Shown piece by piece: positions 22,787-33,250 of a DNA stretch of 64,000 bases; position 1 is the stretch's first letter; each line of letters opens with the position of its first letter. The stretch is from NCBI GenBank assembly GCA_963765895.1, contig CAVXZB010000019.1, positions 192,001-256,000 of the forward strand. Reading direction: 5' to 3'. A program made the translations under genes and the position numbers. The notes beneath the pieces were generated by a model. It saw only the letters and a list, made by a program, of their open reading frames with translations. It did not search any database and was not told the origin of the DNA. Source of the stretch: an uncultured Nitrososphaeraceae archaeon (GTDB lineage Archaea > Thermoproteota > Nitrososphaeria > Nitrososphaerales > Nitrososphaeraceae).

Positions 22787-23575
22787 TCACCTAAAGTATT
22801 CTGATGTCAGACTGTCGATGAATAGCTTCGCGGATACCGCCATCACTGAGATGGAAAATAGTCTAATTAAGATCTTTTCGCCAACATATTTCGATAAGTT
22901 TGCACCTATCTGTGCTCCCATGATAGATCCTAATGAGAGGAATATGGCAAGCAGATATTCTGGATGACCTAACGAGATGTGCACAAAATTTCCAACTATC
23001 GATGTTATGAGCAGAGATAGCTGTGATGTAGCAGCCGCAGTACTCATTGTTAATTCTAAAATCACAAGCATGAGTGGAACGAAAACTATTCCTCCTCCTA
23101 TCCCAAATAAGCTTGAGATCAATCCAGCTCCTAGACAACCAAGGCTCAAAACTAATTCTCTGGTTCTCTTATTTTTGATAGCGTGAGCTTTACTATCCAT
23201 TCCTTTCCTGCCGATCTTATTTCTGGTCCAAAGATATACCCCAGTTAGAAATAATATGATTGCAAAATACAACTTAAATTGTCCCAATGGTAAAATTGAC
23301 GACAATATGGCTCCAACGGCAGCGCCTGGAACGGCAAACAACGCCATTCGTACCCCAAGACCATACTTTATTTTATGTTGTCTATAATATGCGACTACAG
23401 AAGATAGAGAAGTGAATGATACCGGTATAAGACTTGTACTTGCTATTTGCGCCGGCATAAGACCCATAAAAGTCAGTGCAGGAGAGACTATGATACCTCC
23501 CCCAATCCCCACCATTGCTCCTATTATTCCTGCAAACGTCCCTATAACAACCATTACAACAATTTCTTCTAACAA
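22787..23575 (-). CDS. TauE/SafE-family sulfite exporter-like membrane protein
   Basis: Duplicated GIGGG motif in both halves of a polytopic membrane protein. Confidence 0.9.
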   Translation of the reverse strand: MLEEIVVMVVIGTFAGIIGAMVGIGGGIIVSPALTFMGLMPAQIASTSLIPVSFTSLSSVVAYYRQHKIKYGLGVRMALFAVPGAAVGAILSSILPLGQFKLYFAIILFLTGVYLWTRNKIGRKGMDSKAHAIKNKRTRELVLSLGCLGAGLISSLFGIGGGIVFVPLMLVILELTMSTAAATSQLSLLITSIVGNFVHISLGHPEYLLAIFLSLGSIMGAQIGANLSKYVGEKILIRLFSISVMAVSAKLFIDSLTSEYFR

Positions 23576-23840
23576 TTATTCCACATCTCAATGCCATAAA
23601 GCATTATCGCGCCTATTCTTGGAAGAATGATAGGCGAAATTTTTCGTAAGTCAAATCTTAAATCAGTGCTAATCGACCCGGCTTCATATATAAAGGTATT
23701 ATATTATATCCATTGTCCACGTGTAACGAAAAGTAGTATGATCGGACCAGACACAAGATATTATCCTACATTTAACATCTAGATCGGCGGCAGGATTCCT
23801 TGTAAACATATTAAAGCGAGCTTCGCAATCAAACCTTAAT

Positions 23841-24860
23841 TTGCGACTAATCATAGTGGGGTTTGGTGTTGTTGGACAAAGCCTTGCAAGAATACTGCTT
23901 TCACGGGCAAGCGATCTGTATACCTTGTATGGAATCAACCCCAAGATTGTAGCATGTTTGGATAGTAAAGGTTCAGCTGTTTCTCAGACTGGACTCGACT
24001 TGCATCGCCTATTAGAAGCTAAACTCTCAAAAGGCACAGTAGCTGCCTATGACACGAGTCAATCCCAATCATCTTTAACGGGTATCATGGAGAATATCGA
24101 AGCAGAGCTACTTATAGAAATGACACCGACAAATTTTGATGATGCAGAACCCGGGCTTACGAACATTATATCTGGTATGCGGGCTGGTAAGCATATTATA
24201 ACAGTAAATAAGGGACCACTCGCGCTAGCTTTCCCTTCGCTTGTAGAGTTGGCCGATTATAATAATGTTAGGTTCCGGTTTAGTGGAACAGTCGGCGGGG
24301 GAACGCCAATATTAGAGTTCGCCAAGAGATGTTTGAATGGAGAACGAATTATCTCATTTAAGGGAATTTTGAATGGTACCACGAATTATATATTAACTAG
24401 AATGGAGGAAGGCCTAATCTTTCATGATGCTCTCGTTGATGCCAAGGAAAAAGGCTATGCAGAGGCAATGCCGCTGCTCGATCTCGAAGGCTATGACGCA
24501 GCAGCTAAGCTCGTTATCATGGCGAATTGGATAATGGGACTGAAAGTAACTATTAGAGATGTTAAAAGAGAAGGAATTACTGGCATAGATCTAGCCGACG
24601 TTCAGAAGGCTTCAGTAAAAATGACTTCAATAAAATTAGTAGCCTATTGTGATAACAAGCATCTTGAAGTGAAACCCAATATGATTCAAAAGATTGATCC
24701 TATATGTGTGAACGGCACTCTCAACGCAGTAACGTTCTGCTCAGAGTACTCGGGAGATAAAACTATAATTGGGCGCGGAGCAGGTGGCATGGAGACTGCT
24801 AGTTCTATAATCAGAGATCTGATAGAAATTAGAGAATCAATAGCCAAAAACACTATGTGA
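23841..24860 (+). CDS. hom: Homoserine dehydrogenase
   Basis: GFGVVG, TVNKGPL, TVGGGTP, GILNGTTNYIL, GYAEA and GRGAGGMETA. Confidence 0.95.
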   Translation: MRLIIVGFGVVGQSLARILLSRASDLYTLYGINPKIVACLDSKGSAVSQTGLDLHRLLEAKLSKGTVAAYDTSQSQSSLTGIMENIEAELLIEMTPTNFDDAEPGLTNIISGMRAGKHIITVNKGPLALAFPSLVELADYNNVRFRFSGTVGGGTPILEFAKRCLNGERIISFKGILNGTTNYILTRMEEGLIFHDALVDAKEKGYAEAMPLLDLEGYDAAAKLVIMANWIMGLKVTIRDVKREGITGIDLADVQKASVKMTSIKLVAYCDNKHLEVKPNMIQKIDPICVNGTLNAVTFCSEYSGDKTIIGRGAGGMETASSIIRDLIEIRESIAKNTM

Positions 24861-25030
24861 ATTAAACTAAATCAACCTTAGTTAAGTGATACCCCTTTAT
24901 GAGCCTCTATGAGTTGTGTGCTAAGAATAAATTTCCAATTTTTGACGCAAGATTCTATGGAAGCAGTATTAATTCCACTTTAAGTTATTTGTGGAAAGAA
25001 TTAATAGCGTAGCCATTGAAGTTAAAATAA

Positions 25031-25498
25031 ATGCATGACTGGGAATTGGAAGTCCAAACCGACCGAAAGGCTCTGACTATTATGAGTGACGAAGTTGACA
25101 GGATTTTAAATTCTATTAGAGAATTGAATTCTCAGAAATGGTCGGAAGATAAAGCTAATCAGGAAAGCATGAAATATACTATCAAAGCGGGGGTTTTGGA
25201 AGTTGACGTAAAAGTCCTAGGGACGATGATGATAGGGGAAGTATTAGAATCGGTTGGCCTTCTGTTTTATCGTGAATGCATCATAACTGTGATTCTCTCG
25301 CTGTTTAAAGCTCAACTATTTTTATTGATAGGCTGGTCAAGGTTTCCGTTTCTAATCTTTTTCTCTATAGGTAAGGCAAACGTCGAATTAGATAATATCA
25401 CTATGGATAAAAAAATTACATTCCTAAAGATTCGAGGTACAACACTGAATCTGCAAGCGAACGCTCTCGTGGAATGTCAGGTCCGTCGATTATCTTAA
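25031..25498 (+). CDS. Hypothetical protein; the N-terminal half looks coding (MSDEVDRILNSIRE...) and the 3' half is doubtful
   Basis: ORF only, no recognised motif. Confidence 0.3.
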   Translation: MHDWELEVQTDRKALTIMSDEVDRILNSIRELNSQKWSEDKANQESMKYTIKAGVLEVDVKVLGTMMIGEVLESVGLLFYRECIITVILSLFKAQLFLLIGWSRFPFLIFFSIGKANVELDNITMDKKITFLKIRGTTLNLQANALVECQVRRLS

Positions 25499-25516
25499 GG
25501 TTTAGGGAGTGACAAG

Positions 25517-26071
25517 TTGGACAATGCAATAGAAGGGTACCTTGTTGAAAACAGGATAGTAGTTTGGGATATTGATTCTTCCAGAAAATTGTATTCCAAG
25601 GGCTATTTCGGAAAGCCTATGGGAATCCCAAAACCGAAAGGAATAGAGTTCGAAAGTCCTCTCGTATTGGATCTAATAGAGAGCTATTATCTTATGCAAC
25701 ATACTGACCTCGTTGTCAGAACAGGATCACGCCAGATGGTATCAACTAGAAGTATAAAGGCAATTTGTAGGAAAGTATATTCCGATTTCGATAGAAAATA
25801 TATAGTCTTTAAGGATCTTCGTGATAGAGGCTATGTTGTTTCGCCAGGAATTAAATTCGGTTGTGATTTTGCAGTCTATGAGCGTGGACCTGGGATTGAT
25901 CACGCGCCATTCTTAATCGAGGTATACAAGAGGAAGGACATGATCACAGCGACCGGAATAGTTCTGGCAGGCAGATTAGCCACAACTGTAAAAAAGCAAT
26001 TCATTCTAGCTATTCCGAACTTGAACAAAAAAAATGTAGTGTATGTGGGATTCGAATGGTGGCGGGCTTAA
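25517..26071 (+). CDS. endA: tRNA-splicing endonuclease, catalytic alpha subunit
   Basis: VFKDLRDRGY, GIKFGCDFAVY...GPGIDHA...RLATTVKK (Tyr/His/Lys triad); N-terminal GKPMGIPKPK loop. Confidence 0.95.
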   Translation: MDNAIEGYLVENRIVVWDIDSSRKLYSKGYFGKPMGIPKPKGIEFESPLVLDLIESYYLMQHTDLVVRTGSRQMVSTRSIKAICRKVYSDFDRKYIVFKDLRDRGYVVSPGIKFGCDFAVYERGPGIDHAPFLIEVYKRKDMITATGIVLAGRLATTVKKQFILAIPNLNKKNVVYVGFEWWRA

Positions 26072-26384
26072 ATTATCTCAATGGCCATACGAACGATCTA
26101 TCTTAGTATAAAAAATTTTCATGTGGAATTAATCACAATATCTACCTATAGTTTGCCAGATTTATGTCGAATAGGGGCCGTATAAGACTGGCAGTATCAA
26201 AGGTAAGCCCGTCTCTCTGAAAGCCACTCAAATCCATGTGCAATAACAGTTAATTTATTTATAGTAATTGTGATTCGAAGGGCACACAGACTCTCTTAAT
26301 TTGGTAGCTCTATTGTTTACATTATGAAATATACTGCAAGTTACTCTACGCTAACTTTAATTACCTTGTGCTTAAGCCTAGGTT

Positions 26385-28184
26385 ATGGATTTACAGTCGG
26401 TATCATCATTAAAATTCGCAGGTAAGAATGTTTTGATTACAGGTAGTGGGACCGGAATTGGACAAACCATCGCGCGAAAATTTGCAGAAGAAGGTGCAAA
26501 TATTATCATAATGGGAAGGAGAAAGGAACCTCTCGATTTCACTGCGAGTATTTTAGAAAAGATATTCAAGTCTTCTTCTTCGGGATCCAAAGTACTTTCA
26601 TTTCCAGGCATAGACGTATCTGATGAACTCGGCATTAAGGAAATGTTTGCTGATGTCAAGAATCAGCTGGGGAAAATTGACATTGTCATTAACAATGCGG
26701 GCGTATCTGGACCAGTTAAGATTTTTCCTAGTTCAAGATTTGAGGAGTTTCGAGATTGTGTTTCAATCCACCTGTCAGGAAGTTTTTGGACATCACAACA
26801 CGCAATTCCAATCATGCAAAAGGGCGGGAAGATAATTACAATTTCAACATATTTTACGGAGGAGAATCGATTCGAACAAAGGCCCTACAGATTCAGAACC
26901 CCTTATACAGCTGCGCAAGGTGCGAAGAATAGACTGGGCGAAGCGTTGGGATGGGAATTGGTAGATAAAGGAATTACTTCAATCGTTACTAATCCTGGCC
27001 CAGTGCATTCTGATAGAATTTACAAGACGGTTTATCCGAAAGCTGCAATAGAGTTTTTAAGGATAAGTGGTTATCCTGGTTTAACTCCGCGAGAGATCGG
27101 CAATTATGCGGATCGGTTTTTTTCAATTATGGGCGAGTCAGAAGAAATGGTAACGTCCGGTATAAAGGATTTAAGTTTAGAGATCCTGAAGGCTAGAAAG
27201 GATAGTTCAGGAGATCAGGAATCTCTGAGAGACTCGTTATCGGGATTATTAAATAAGACGCGAGAGATCGCCGAAAAGATTCAGAATAATACCAGAAAGA
27301 TGATTTCTGATGGAGAATTCCTCACTCAGGAACAGGTAGGAGAAATGGTATTATGCCTTGCAGATGACAAAATGAGTAAACTGTTGAATAGTAGAGTCAT
27401 ACCAAACGATCGCGTATTCTATCCAGTCAGACCAGTTATTGGATCATTTGTGCCTGAGAGCAACAATCAGGCGGACTTAAAAGACAAAGTCATCGTGATA
27501 ACTACGAATTCGAAGCAAGAAAAAGAGATTTTTCGAGTTCGTGCACTTGCATCAGCTTTGTTAGAATACGGAGTAAAACAGATTGTTATACTGTCCTCAA
27601 CAAATCACGCTGAATTAAAGGAATTTCATACGCACCCGATCGAGTATCTGAAAGACAATGAAGTCGATCGGCTAATGCGTTTGGTCAAATCAAAATTCGG
27701 CCAAATTTTCGCCTTGATCCACTTTACCGGAGAGTTTGATTATAGCCGCCAGATATTATCTTTACAAGGCCACGAATGGCAGTCCCTAGTTGACACGTAT
27801 ATAAATTTACCTTATTTGTTAATTAAGGGAGCGGTCAATTCGATGTCCGTCGAGGGTTCAGCTGAGGATCCGTCCAAATTTAAATCTTCGATGGGGTCAA
27901 TTGTAATTGTCGGTCCTGATGCCCCCACGGGAAAAGTTTCTGGACTGGTAAGGGCACGATCTGAGGTCTTTAAGGGAGCTCTAAGGCCTCTCATTACAAC
28001 TATAAATCAGGAGCTGTCTGACGTTCTGGACTCTTCTATAAAATCCTTTTTGGTCCTAGCTGGCAATATAGAAGGTCGGCAGCCCGATGAAGCAAAGTTA
28101 AAAAAATCAATAATAAATTTGATAACTAGCCAGGCTGAGTATAGTGAACGAATTTTCTATATTGATGAGGGAAATTCGAAGTAA
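26385..28184 (+). CDS. Two-domain SDR oxidoreductase, 599 aa
   Basis: TGSGTGIG, NNAGVSGP and NPGPVHSDRI, followed by a second degenerate Rossmann domain. Confidence 0.85.
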   Translation: MDLQSVSSLKFAGKNVLITGSGTGIGQTIARKFAEEGANIIIMGRRKEPLDFTASILEKIFKSSSSGSKVLSFPGIDVSDELGIKEMFADVKNQLGKIDIVINNAGVSGPVKIFPSSRFEEFRDCVSIHLSGSFWTSQHAIPIMQKGGKIITISTYFTEENRFEQRPYRFRTPYTAAQGAKNRLGEALGWELVDKGITSIVTNPGPVHSDRIYKTVYPKAAIEFLRISGYPGLTPREIGNYADRFFSIMGESEEMVTSGIKDLSLEILKARKDSSGDQESLRDSLSGLLNKTREIAEKIQNNTRKMISDGEFLTQEQVGEMVLCLADDKMSKLLNSRVIPNDRVFYPVRPVIGSFVPESNNQADLKDKVIVITTNSKQEKEIFRVRALASALLEYGVKQIVILSSTNHAELKEFHTHPIEYLKDNEVDRLMRLVKSKFGQIFALIHFTGEFDYSRQILSLQGHEWQSLVDTYINLPYLLIKGAVNSMSVEGSAEDPSKFKSSMGSIVIVGPDAPTGKVSGLVRARSEVFKGALRPLITTINQELSDVLDSSIKSFLVLAGNIEGRQPDEAKLKKSIINLITSQAEYSERIFYIDEGNSK

Positions 28185-28218
28185 ATAAAAATATTCGAAG
28201 TAAATAAAAATATTCGAA
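28174..28218. repeat. 19-bp tandem duplication across the SDR stop codon, between convergent genes
   Basis: ATTCGAAGTAAATAAAAAT twice, plus ATTCGAA. Confidence 0.85.
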
Positions 28219-28238
28219 CGATGATAGTCTGATCTAGC

Positions 28239-28532
28239 TCAGGAACTAGACTGCTCTGATGCCGGTGCAGCTGATGATGTGGTCATATCTTCAGTCGAAC
28301 CGGAACTACCATCGACTATTTCAGCGGTGGCAAATCTATTCCCTACCTGAATCACACGTATCTTCGCATTCTGGCCTACCTTTCCGTTTTTCACAAAGAT
28401 TACAAATCCCTGTATCCTAGCTATACCGTCCCCCTTTCGACTAATCTCGGTGATTTGGACGTCATACTCCTTTCCAGTTTCCACTGGTTTAGGTCCGAAA
28501 TTGTCGTTCCTTCTAAAACCTCCGTAACTCAT
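28239..28532 (-). CDS. Single TRAM-domain RNA chaperone
   Basis: PKPVETGKEYDVQITEISRKGDGIARIQGFVIFV. Confidence 0.92.
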   Translation of the reverse strand: MSYGGFRRNDNFGPKPVETGKEYDVQITEISRKGDGIARIQGFVIFVKNGKVGQNAKIRVIQVGNRFATAEIVDGSSGSTEDMTTSSAAPASEQSSS

Positions 28533-28600
28533 TGTTAGAATACGTCAAAGCCATCACCATATATAAACCGTAACAGACCCAAGAATGTCGAAAATCAACA

Positions 28601-29439
28601 TCAAGTGCCTATCCTAAAATTCTCACGCGAGGCTGATCGCACTGTCTCGATTGCCGAAAGGATTGCCAGGAAGCTTGTTTTAGGATTGCCTTCTGCCTGA
28701 TAATTCATGAGTTTAATATCTAACTTCCCAAACGTTCCCTCGGCTATGATCTGATGTTGGTTGTAATGAATTGCAGGATCTGCCACTATCCTGACCTTGG
28801 TTCTTTCCATTCCCACTCCTGCTATAGCTAGGATTGATGCAACATTTACATTTGAAGGAAAATTCAAAACAGCGTCTGCCGCAGTTCCTTGGTAGATAGT
28901 CGTTTCCTGGGTTATCGAATCTAGCCTAATTCTGTTTTTTTCGAAAAACGGAGCGCCCTCTAATGCCTTTGGATTCTTGGTCGTGATAAGCTCTACAGAA
29001 TCTAAAGCTCCCTTGGCACTTCTTATAGCATCTATACCAGCTATCGCTCCTGTTGGCAATAATAGACTTGTGCCATATTTATCTGAAGAAGCTTAGAAGA
29101 TCCGATAACAAGTGATCATCGGCCAATGCGCCGACACTCATTACTATCAGATCCTTTCCGAATTCGAGCACCCTCTTTGCGAATAACCTGACAGGCAGCT
29201 TGAGAAGCACTCTCCAACACTAGATTAGATGCCTTGAACTGAGTTGATGAAATTAAATCCGAAAAGTCTGAAAAACAGCGTGCTGTACTACTCTTCAGTT
29301 TACCTGTAAGACTTTTTGTTGCGTCACTATCGCTATCAAACAAGAATTCTAGAACAGTATCGCTTATTTTTGCATTATCTATGGCTAATGCCACTTGAGT
29401 GCCTATAGAACCACAACCAATTATCCCTACTCTTTTCAA
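28601..29439 (-). CDS. nadX: L-aspartate dehydrogenase (split by indels near 29195 and 29095)
   Basis: GIIGCGSIG, ESASQAA, the shifted frame DLIVMSVGAL, PTGAIAGID, FPSNVNVA and NPKTS. Confidence 0.92.
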
Positions 29440-29475
29440 TACCCTACTCTTAAGGTATGATATTCAATGATATAA

Positions 29476-29495
29476 TTGTAAAAGGCCTTTTACAA
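29476..29495. promoter_or_regulatory. Perfect 20-bp palindrome abutting the putative nadX TATA box
   Basis: TTGTAAAAGGCCTTTTACAA. On the minus strand TTATAT follows directly, about 30 nt before the TTG start at 29439. Confidence 0.5.
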
Positions 29496-29552
29496 CAGTA
29501 CCAGTGCTATCACTGGGCCGATCATGTGGCGAATCATGCCGATCAAGAAATA

Positions 29553-29750
29553 TTACCTTCTTCCGCCTCTTCCGCCTCTTCCGCCTCTTTCGGGCTTTCT
29601 CTGTCCGGGTAACCTTCTCTTTTCGAAGCGTTTTTCAAAGTTGCTCTTGTTGCGTAATCTAGAAACAGGATGCAATCGTATTTTACCCTGGATCTTTGGA
29701 GTCTGACCTCGAACCTTCCCTGCCTTTGTTAGCGAGCCATGAGTTGGCAT
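29553..29750 (-). CDS. rps30e: 30S ribosomal protein S30e
   Basis: [19 protein letters not shown], with a C-terminal RGG tail. Confidence 0.97.
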   Translation of the reverse strand: MPTHGSLTKAGKVRGQTPKIQGKIRLHPVSRLRNKSNFEKRFEKRRLPGQRKPERGGRGGRGGRR

Positions 29751-29924
29751 GTAATATCTTTAAAGACTATCAATCTATGGCTAATATATATTACGGCTCT
29801 GCCAATAGCAAGCTTAATCAGAACAAGGGGCAAACATTGCCAAATACACGATCAAAATAGGCAACGTATCGTTAGATTGTATTAATTTAAATGCTGTTCA
29901 AAATTAAATATATCCATCTAGAAG

Positions 29925-30875
29925 ATGTCTGTTGTCACCAATGATTATGAACTCAAAATCATAGAGCTGAAGAAGAAGATTGGAGCAACTATTTTAGCTC
30001 ACAATTATCAGTTGCCAGAGGTTCAGGATATCGCTGATTATGTAGGTGATTCATTAGGCCTCTCCATTAATGGAGCTAGAACTGAGCAAGAAACTATAGT
30101 ATTCTGTGGTGTACATTTTATGGCAGAAACGGCATCAATTATCTGTCCAGATAAGGTGGTCTTAATACCCGATTTAGAAGCAGGATGCTCTCTAGCCTCG
30201 ACCATTGACTGTGCACAACTAAAAGCATGGAAATCTGAACATGCAGATGCAGTGGTAGTAAGCTATGTCAATACTAGTGCAGAGATTAAGGCCATGTCTG
30301 ATTATTGTTGTACATCGAGTAATGCTGTGAAGGTGGTAAACAGTATACCCAAAGATCGGGAAATCCTTTTTCTCCCAGATATGTTTCTAGGAGCGTATGT
30401 GGCGGATATGACTAGGCGTAAGAATATGTTCATCTGGCCGGGGGAGTGTCATGTACATGCGGGGATCAGAGCTGAAGATGTTAATAAGATGTTATCCAAA
30501 TTCAAAGATGCTGACTTTCTTATTCATCCAGAATGTGGTTGTACTTCTTCTACTCTATATAATAGTTCAAATGGTGATATTTTAAAAAGGCCTTACATTT
30601 TGTCAACAGAAGGGATGATGAATCATGCCAGGACGTCGAATGCATCGAAATACCTGGTTGCTACAGAGGTTGGGATATTGCACAGAATGACTAAGCAAAA
30701 TCCGTCAAAAACATTCATCCCTATTAAGGAGAACGCAATTTGCAAATACATGAAAATGATAACAGTGCAAAAGGTTTATGATTCACTCACCAAGAACATT
30801 TATCGTGTCAAGGTACCTCAGAAAATTGCAGACCGGGCAAGATTAGCCATTGATCGAATGCTACAACTAAATTAG
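29925..30875 (+). CDS. nadA: Quinolinate synthase
   Basis: LAHNYQ, FCGVHFMAE, AGCSLA, YVNTSA, GECHVH, HPEC and CKYMK. Confidence 0.97.
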   Translation: MSVVTNDYELKIIELKKKIGATILAHNYQLPEVQDIADYVGDSLGLSINGARTEQETIVFCGVHFMAETASIICPDKVVLIPDLEAGCSLASTIDCAQLKAWKSEHADAVVVSYVNTSAEIKAMSDYCCTSSNAVKVVNSIPKDREILFLPDMFLGAYVADMTRRKNMFIWPGECHVHAGIRAEDVNKMLSKFKDADFLIHPECGCTSSTLYNSSNGDILKRPYILSTEGMMNHARTSNASKYLVATEVGILHRMTKQNPSKTFIPIKENAICKYMKMITVQKVYDSLTKNIYRVKVPQKIADRARLAIDRMLQLN

Positions 30876-30950
30876 AATCATCTACGCTGCTTGGATGATA
30901 TGAAGCAGACTTCCGAAAATTTGGAAGACAAAAAGTGGCATACAGGACGG

Positions 30951-31826
30951 TTAGAATTCTTCGCGATTGACAATCTTCAAGCTATAATCTGCTCGCCTTA
31001 GCCGAGTGTGTGAGATAGCCGACAGATATCCTGTCCGGGTTCGCTTCAGCGTAGCTTCTGATATTTGTAAACCTAACCCCACCCGAGATTTCTATTTTGG
31101 ATCTTTTCCTTAGTCCCATCTTAGATATGGTATTTATTGCATCCTTTGGAGGCAGCGGGATCAAAATTATCTAACATCACGACATCCGCCCCTTCTCTAA
31201 TCGCAGTTATCAAATCTTGCTTATTTGTTACCTCACACTCAATTTTGATGCTGGAGCCACATTTTTCTTTTAGTTCCCGCATACAGCGGGCAACAGATCC
31301 CGATATGTAAATGTGGTTACTCTTAATTAGGGCCATGTCATCAAGTCGCTGTCGATGCATGGTTCCTCCTCCAATTCTGACGGCTTTCTTATCAAATATT
31401 CGTAATCCTGGGCATGTTTTCCTGGTGCTACTAATTTCTGCATTACTACCTACATCTCGAACGGTATTTATCAAAATTCTAGTCTCCAGTCGCGATCCCG
31501 CTCATACGCATCAGCAAATTTAGCGCGGTTCTTTCTCCTTTAAGAATGTCCTTTGCTTTGCCCTCGATGTCTAGAATAATTTGATGTTTCTTGACTAACG
31601 AGCCGTCGTCAATCAAGCTCCGTGCATCACATCCACATATGTCAAAAATGATCACAGCCTCTTCCACTCCGGCTACTACGGCCTCATCTGACTTGGCAAT
31701 TATTTGTGCACGTACATTTAGATTCCTTGCGTCAAGGCTATTAGTTGTTATATCTCCGGACCCAATATCCTCACGAAGAAAATTCGAAAGTATGTGCCTC
31801 GTTCTTAGGAAAGTATGAACTCTCAA
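30951..31826 (-). CDS. nadC: Nicotinate-nucleotide pyrophosphorylase (split by about three indels)
   Basis: EDIGSGDITT, GERTALNLL..MSGIAT, STRKT, HRQRLDD, MLDNF, ISGG and SVGYLTHS, ending DYSLKIVNREEF*. Confidence 0.93.
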
Positions 31827-31829
31827 CTC

Positions 31830-32018
31830 CTATGCGACTTTCTGCGCATATTTGTGAGCAACAGTGATATTCAACGCTGCAGCAATTTTGGAATTTGATG
31901 GTTGAAAGACTAGAATTATTCCAGACCAGTCTGGAGAAAGCTCAGTAGATTTACATACAGAGCAGATTTTGCCATAGGTAATCGCCCTGCATTTCTTACA
32001 GGCTAGCTCTCTAGGCAC
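31830..32018 (-). CDS. spt4: Transcription elongation factor Spt4 (RpoE2)
   Basis: ACKKC...CSVC...WSG; directly after rpoE1. Confidence 0.93.
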   Translation of the reverse strand: MPRELACKKCRAITYGKICSVCKSTELSPDWSGIILVFQPSNSKIAAALNITVAHKYAQKVA

Positions 32019-32621
32019 CTATTTAGTACCTCCGCCCTTTTTCTCCTTCCCAGGAGGTATGGTTTGAGCCTGTCTCGCTTTCTTTACTTCCTGTTCAATC
32101 CATTCATTTGATCCCAAGAACGGTTGTCTGCAGGTGATTCCGATTTTTCCCATACCCGTACCTTTTCCAAGGCTAATCGCAGTGACTCTTGCTCTAATCT
32201 TTGAACCAATTTTCAAGGATTTTGCGGTCTGATTAGCAATAATTATACCTTGTTTAACGTCGCTCTTTAGATAGTCATCTGTAATTTGAGATAAATGCAG
32301 AAGTGCATCTGTGGGACCAACTCTAACAAAGGCGCCAAAATCAGTTATTTCAACTATCTCTCCCTCTACGACTTCCTGTAATTTGGGATAAAAGGTAAGA
32401 GCTTTAAATTGGACCTTATGGTACGTTGAGCCGTCGCCAGCCACCAGCTTGCCAACAGCATTTGCTGAAGCGTCGACTATCATAATGACGTATCCCAATT
32501 CCGGACTAATCATACTCTCATATTTCTCCTTCAAAATAGTAATAGCAGTATTTTTTAAGGAACTTGTCAATCTGTTAGGAGGAATCCTGACAACATCATT
32601 CATATGGATTATGAGAAACAT
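32019..32621 (-). CDS. rpoE1: RNA polymerase subunit Rpo7 (E')
   Basis: DVVRIPP, EVVEGEIVEITDFGAFVRVGPTDALLHLSQI and TCRQPFLG. Confidence 0.96.
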   Translation of the reverse strand: MFLIIHMNDVVRIPPNRLTSSLKNTAITILKEKYESMISPELGYVIMIVDASANAVGKLVAGDGSTYHKVQFKALTFYPKLQEVVEGEIVEITDFGAFVRVGPTDALLHLSQITDDYLKSDVKQGIIIANQTAKSLKIGSKIRARVTAISLGKGTGMGKIGITCRQPFLGSNEWIEQEVKKARQAQTIPPGKEKKGGGTK

Positions 32622-32701
32622 CTGTAGGAATTGTCACCAAATATGAATTTATTAACCTTTGGCCGATTTGAAAGAATTCTGCTCACAGTTGATTATAGCA
32701 T

Positions 32702-33250
32702 TTAATATACAATTTCAAGCTTTATTGATGCGTCTGTCAATTCAAAGTTAGAATCCATATCGATTGTAGTCCTGAACATGGAGCGGAAAAAGCTTTCAAA
32801 GAATTTTGAGCCTTTTCTCCCCAGTCTATGTCTTACTACAATCGTTCTTCCAGTTGGCCGTTTCACTTCGTCATACGTACCAAGATGGCCATAACGACAC
32901 ATTATTTTCTCAACATATTCAAATACATTCTCGTTAGTTAAGTCCTTCCTCCAAAAAACAATGGTATCTCTGGGTACAGAACCTCCTAACTTGGCTCCTA
33001 ACACAGAGATAGTATCTTCATCTAATGAATCTATTAATGTGGTCAACAGCTCTCTGTTAACTATTACCATGTCGATTTTAGACAGGAATCTCGTAAATTC
33101 TGCAAATCTTCTTAGTATTATTCCTACAACGGAGTTTACTGAAACACCCATGCGTTCTGCCTCCTCGTCTAAAACCTTAGATAACTCCTGGTCAAACCTA
33201 AATGACCGCGTTATTGTATCGGACCTAGCATCAGAAGATTTATGAGACAA
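32702..33250 (-). CDS. Ribbon-helix-helix domain protein (thaumarchaeal regulator family)
   Basis: TITRSFRFDQELSKVLDEEAERMGVSVNSVV. Confidence 0.75.
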   Translation of the reverse strand: MSHKSSDARSDTITRSFRFDQELSKVLDEEAERMGVSVNSVVGIILRRFAEFTRFLSKIDMVIVNRELLTTLIDSLDEDTISVLGAKLGGSVPRDTIVFWRKDLTNENVFEYVEKIMCRYGHLGTYDEVKRPTGRTIVVRHRLGRKGSKFFESFFRSMFRTTIDMDSNFELTDASIKLEIVY

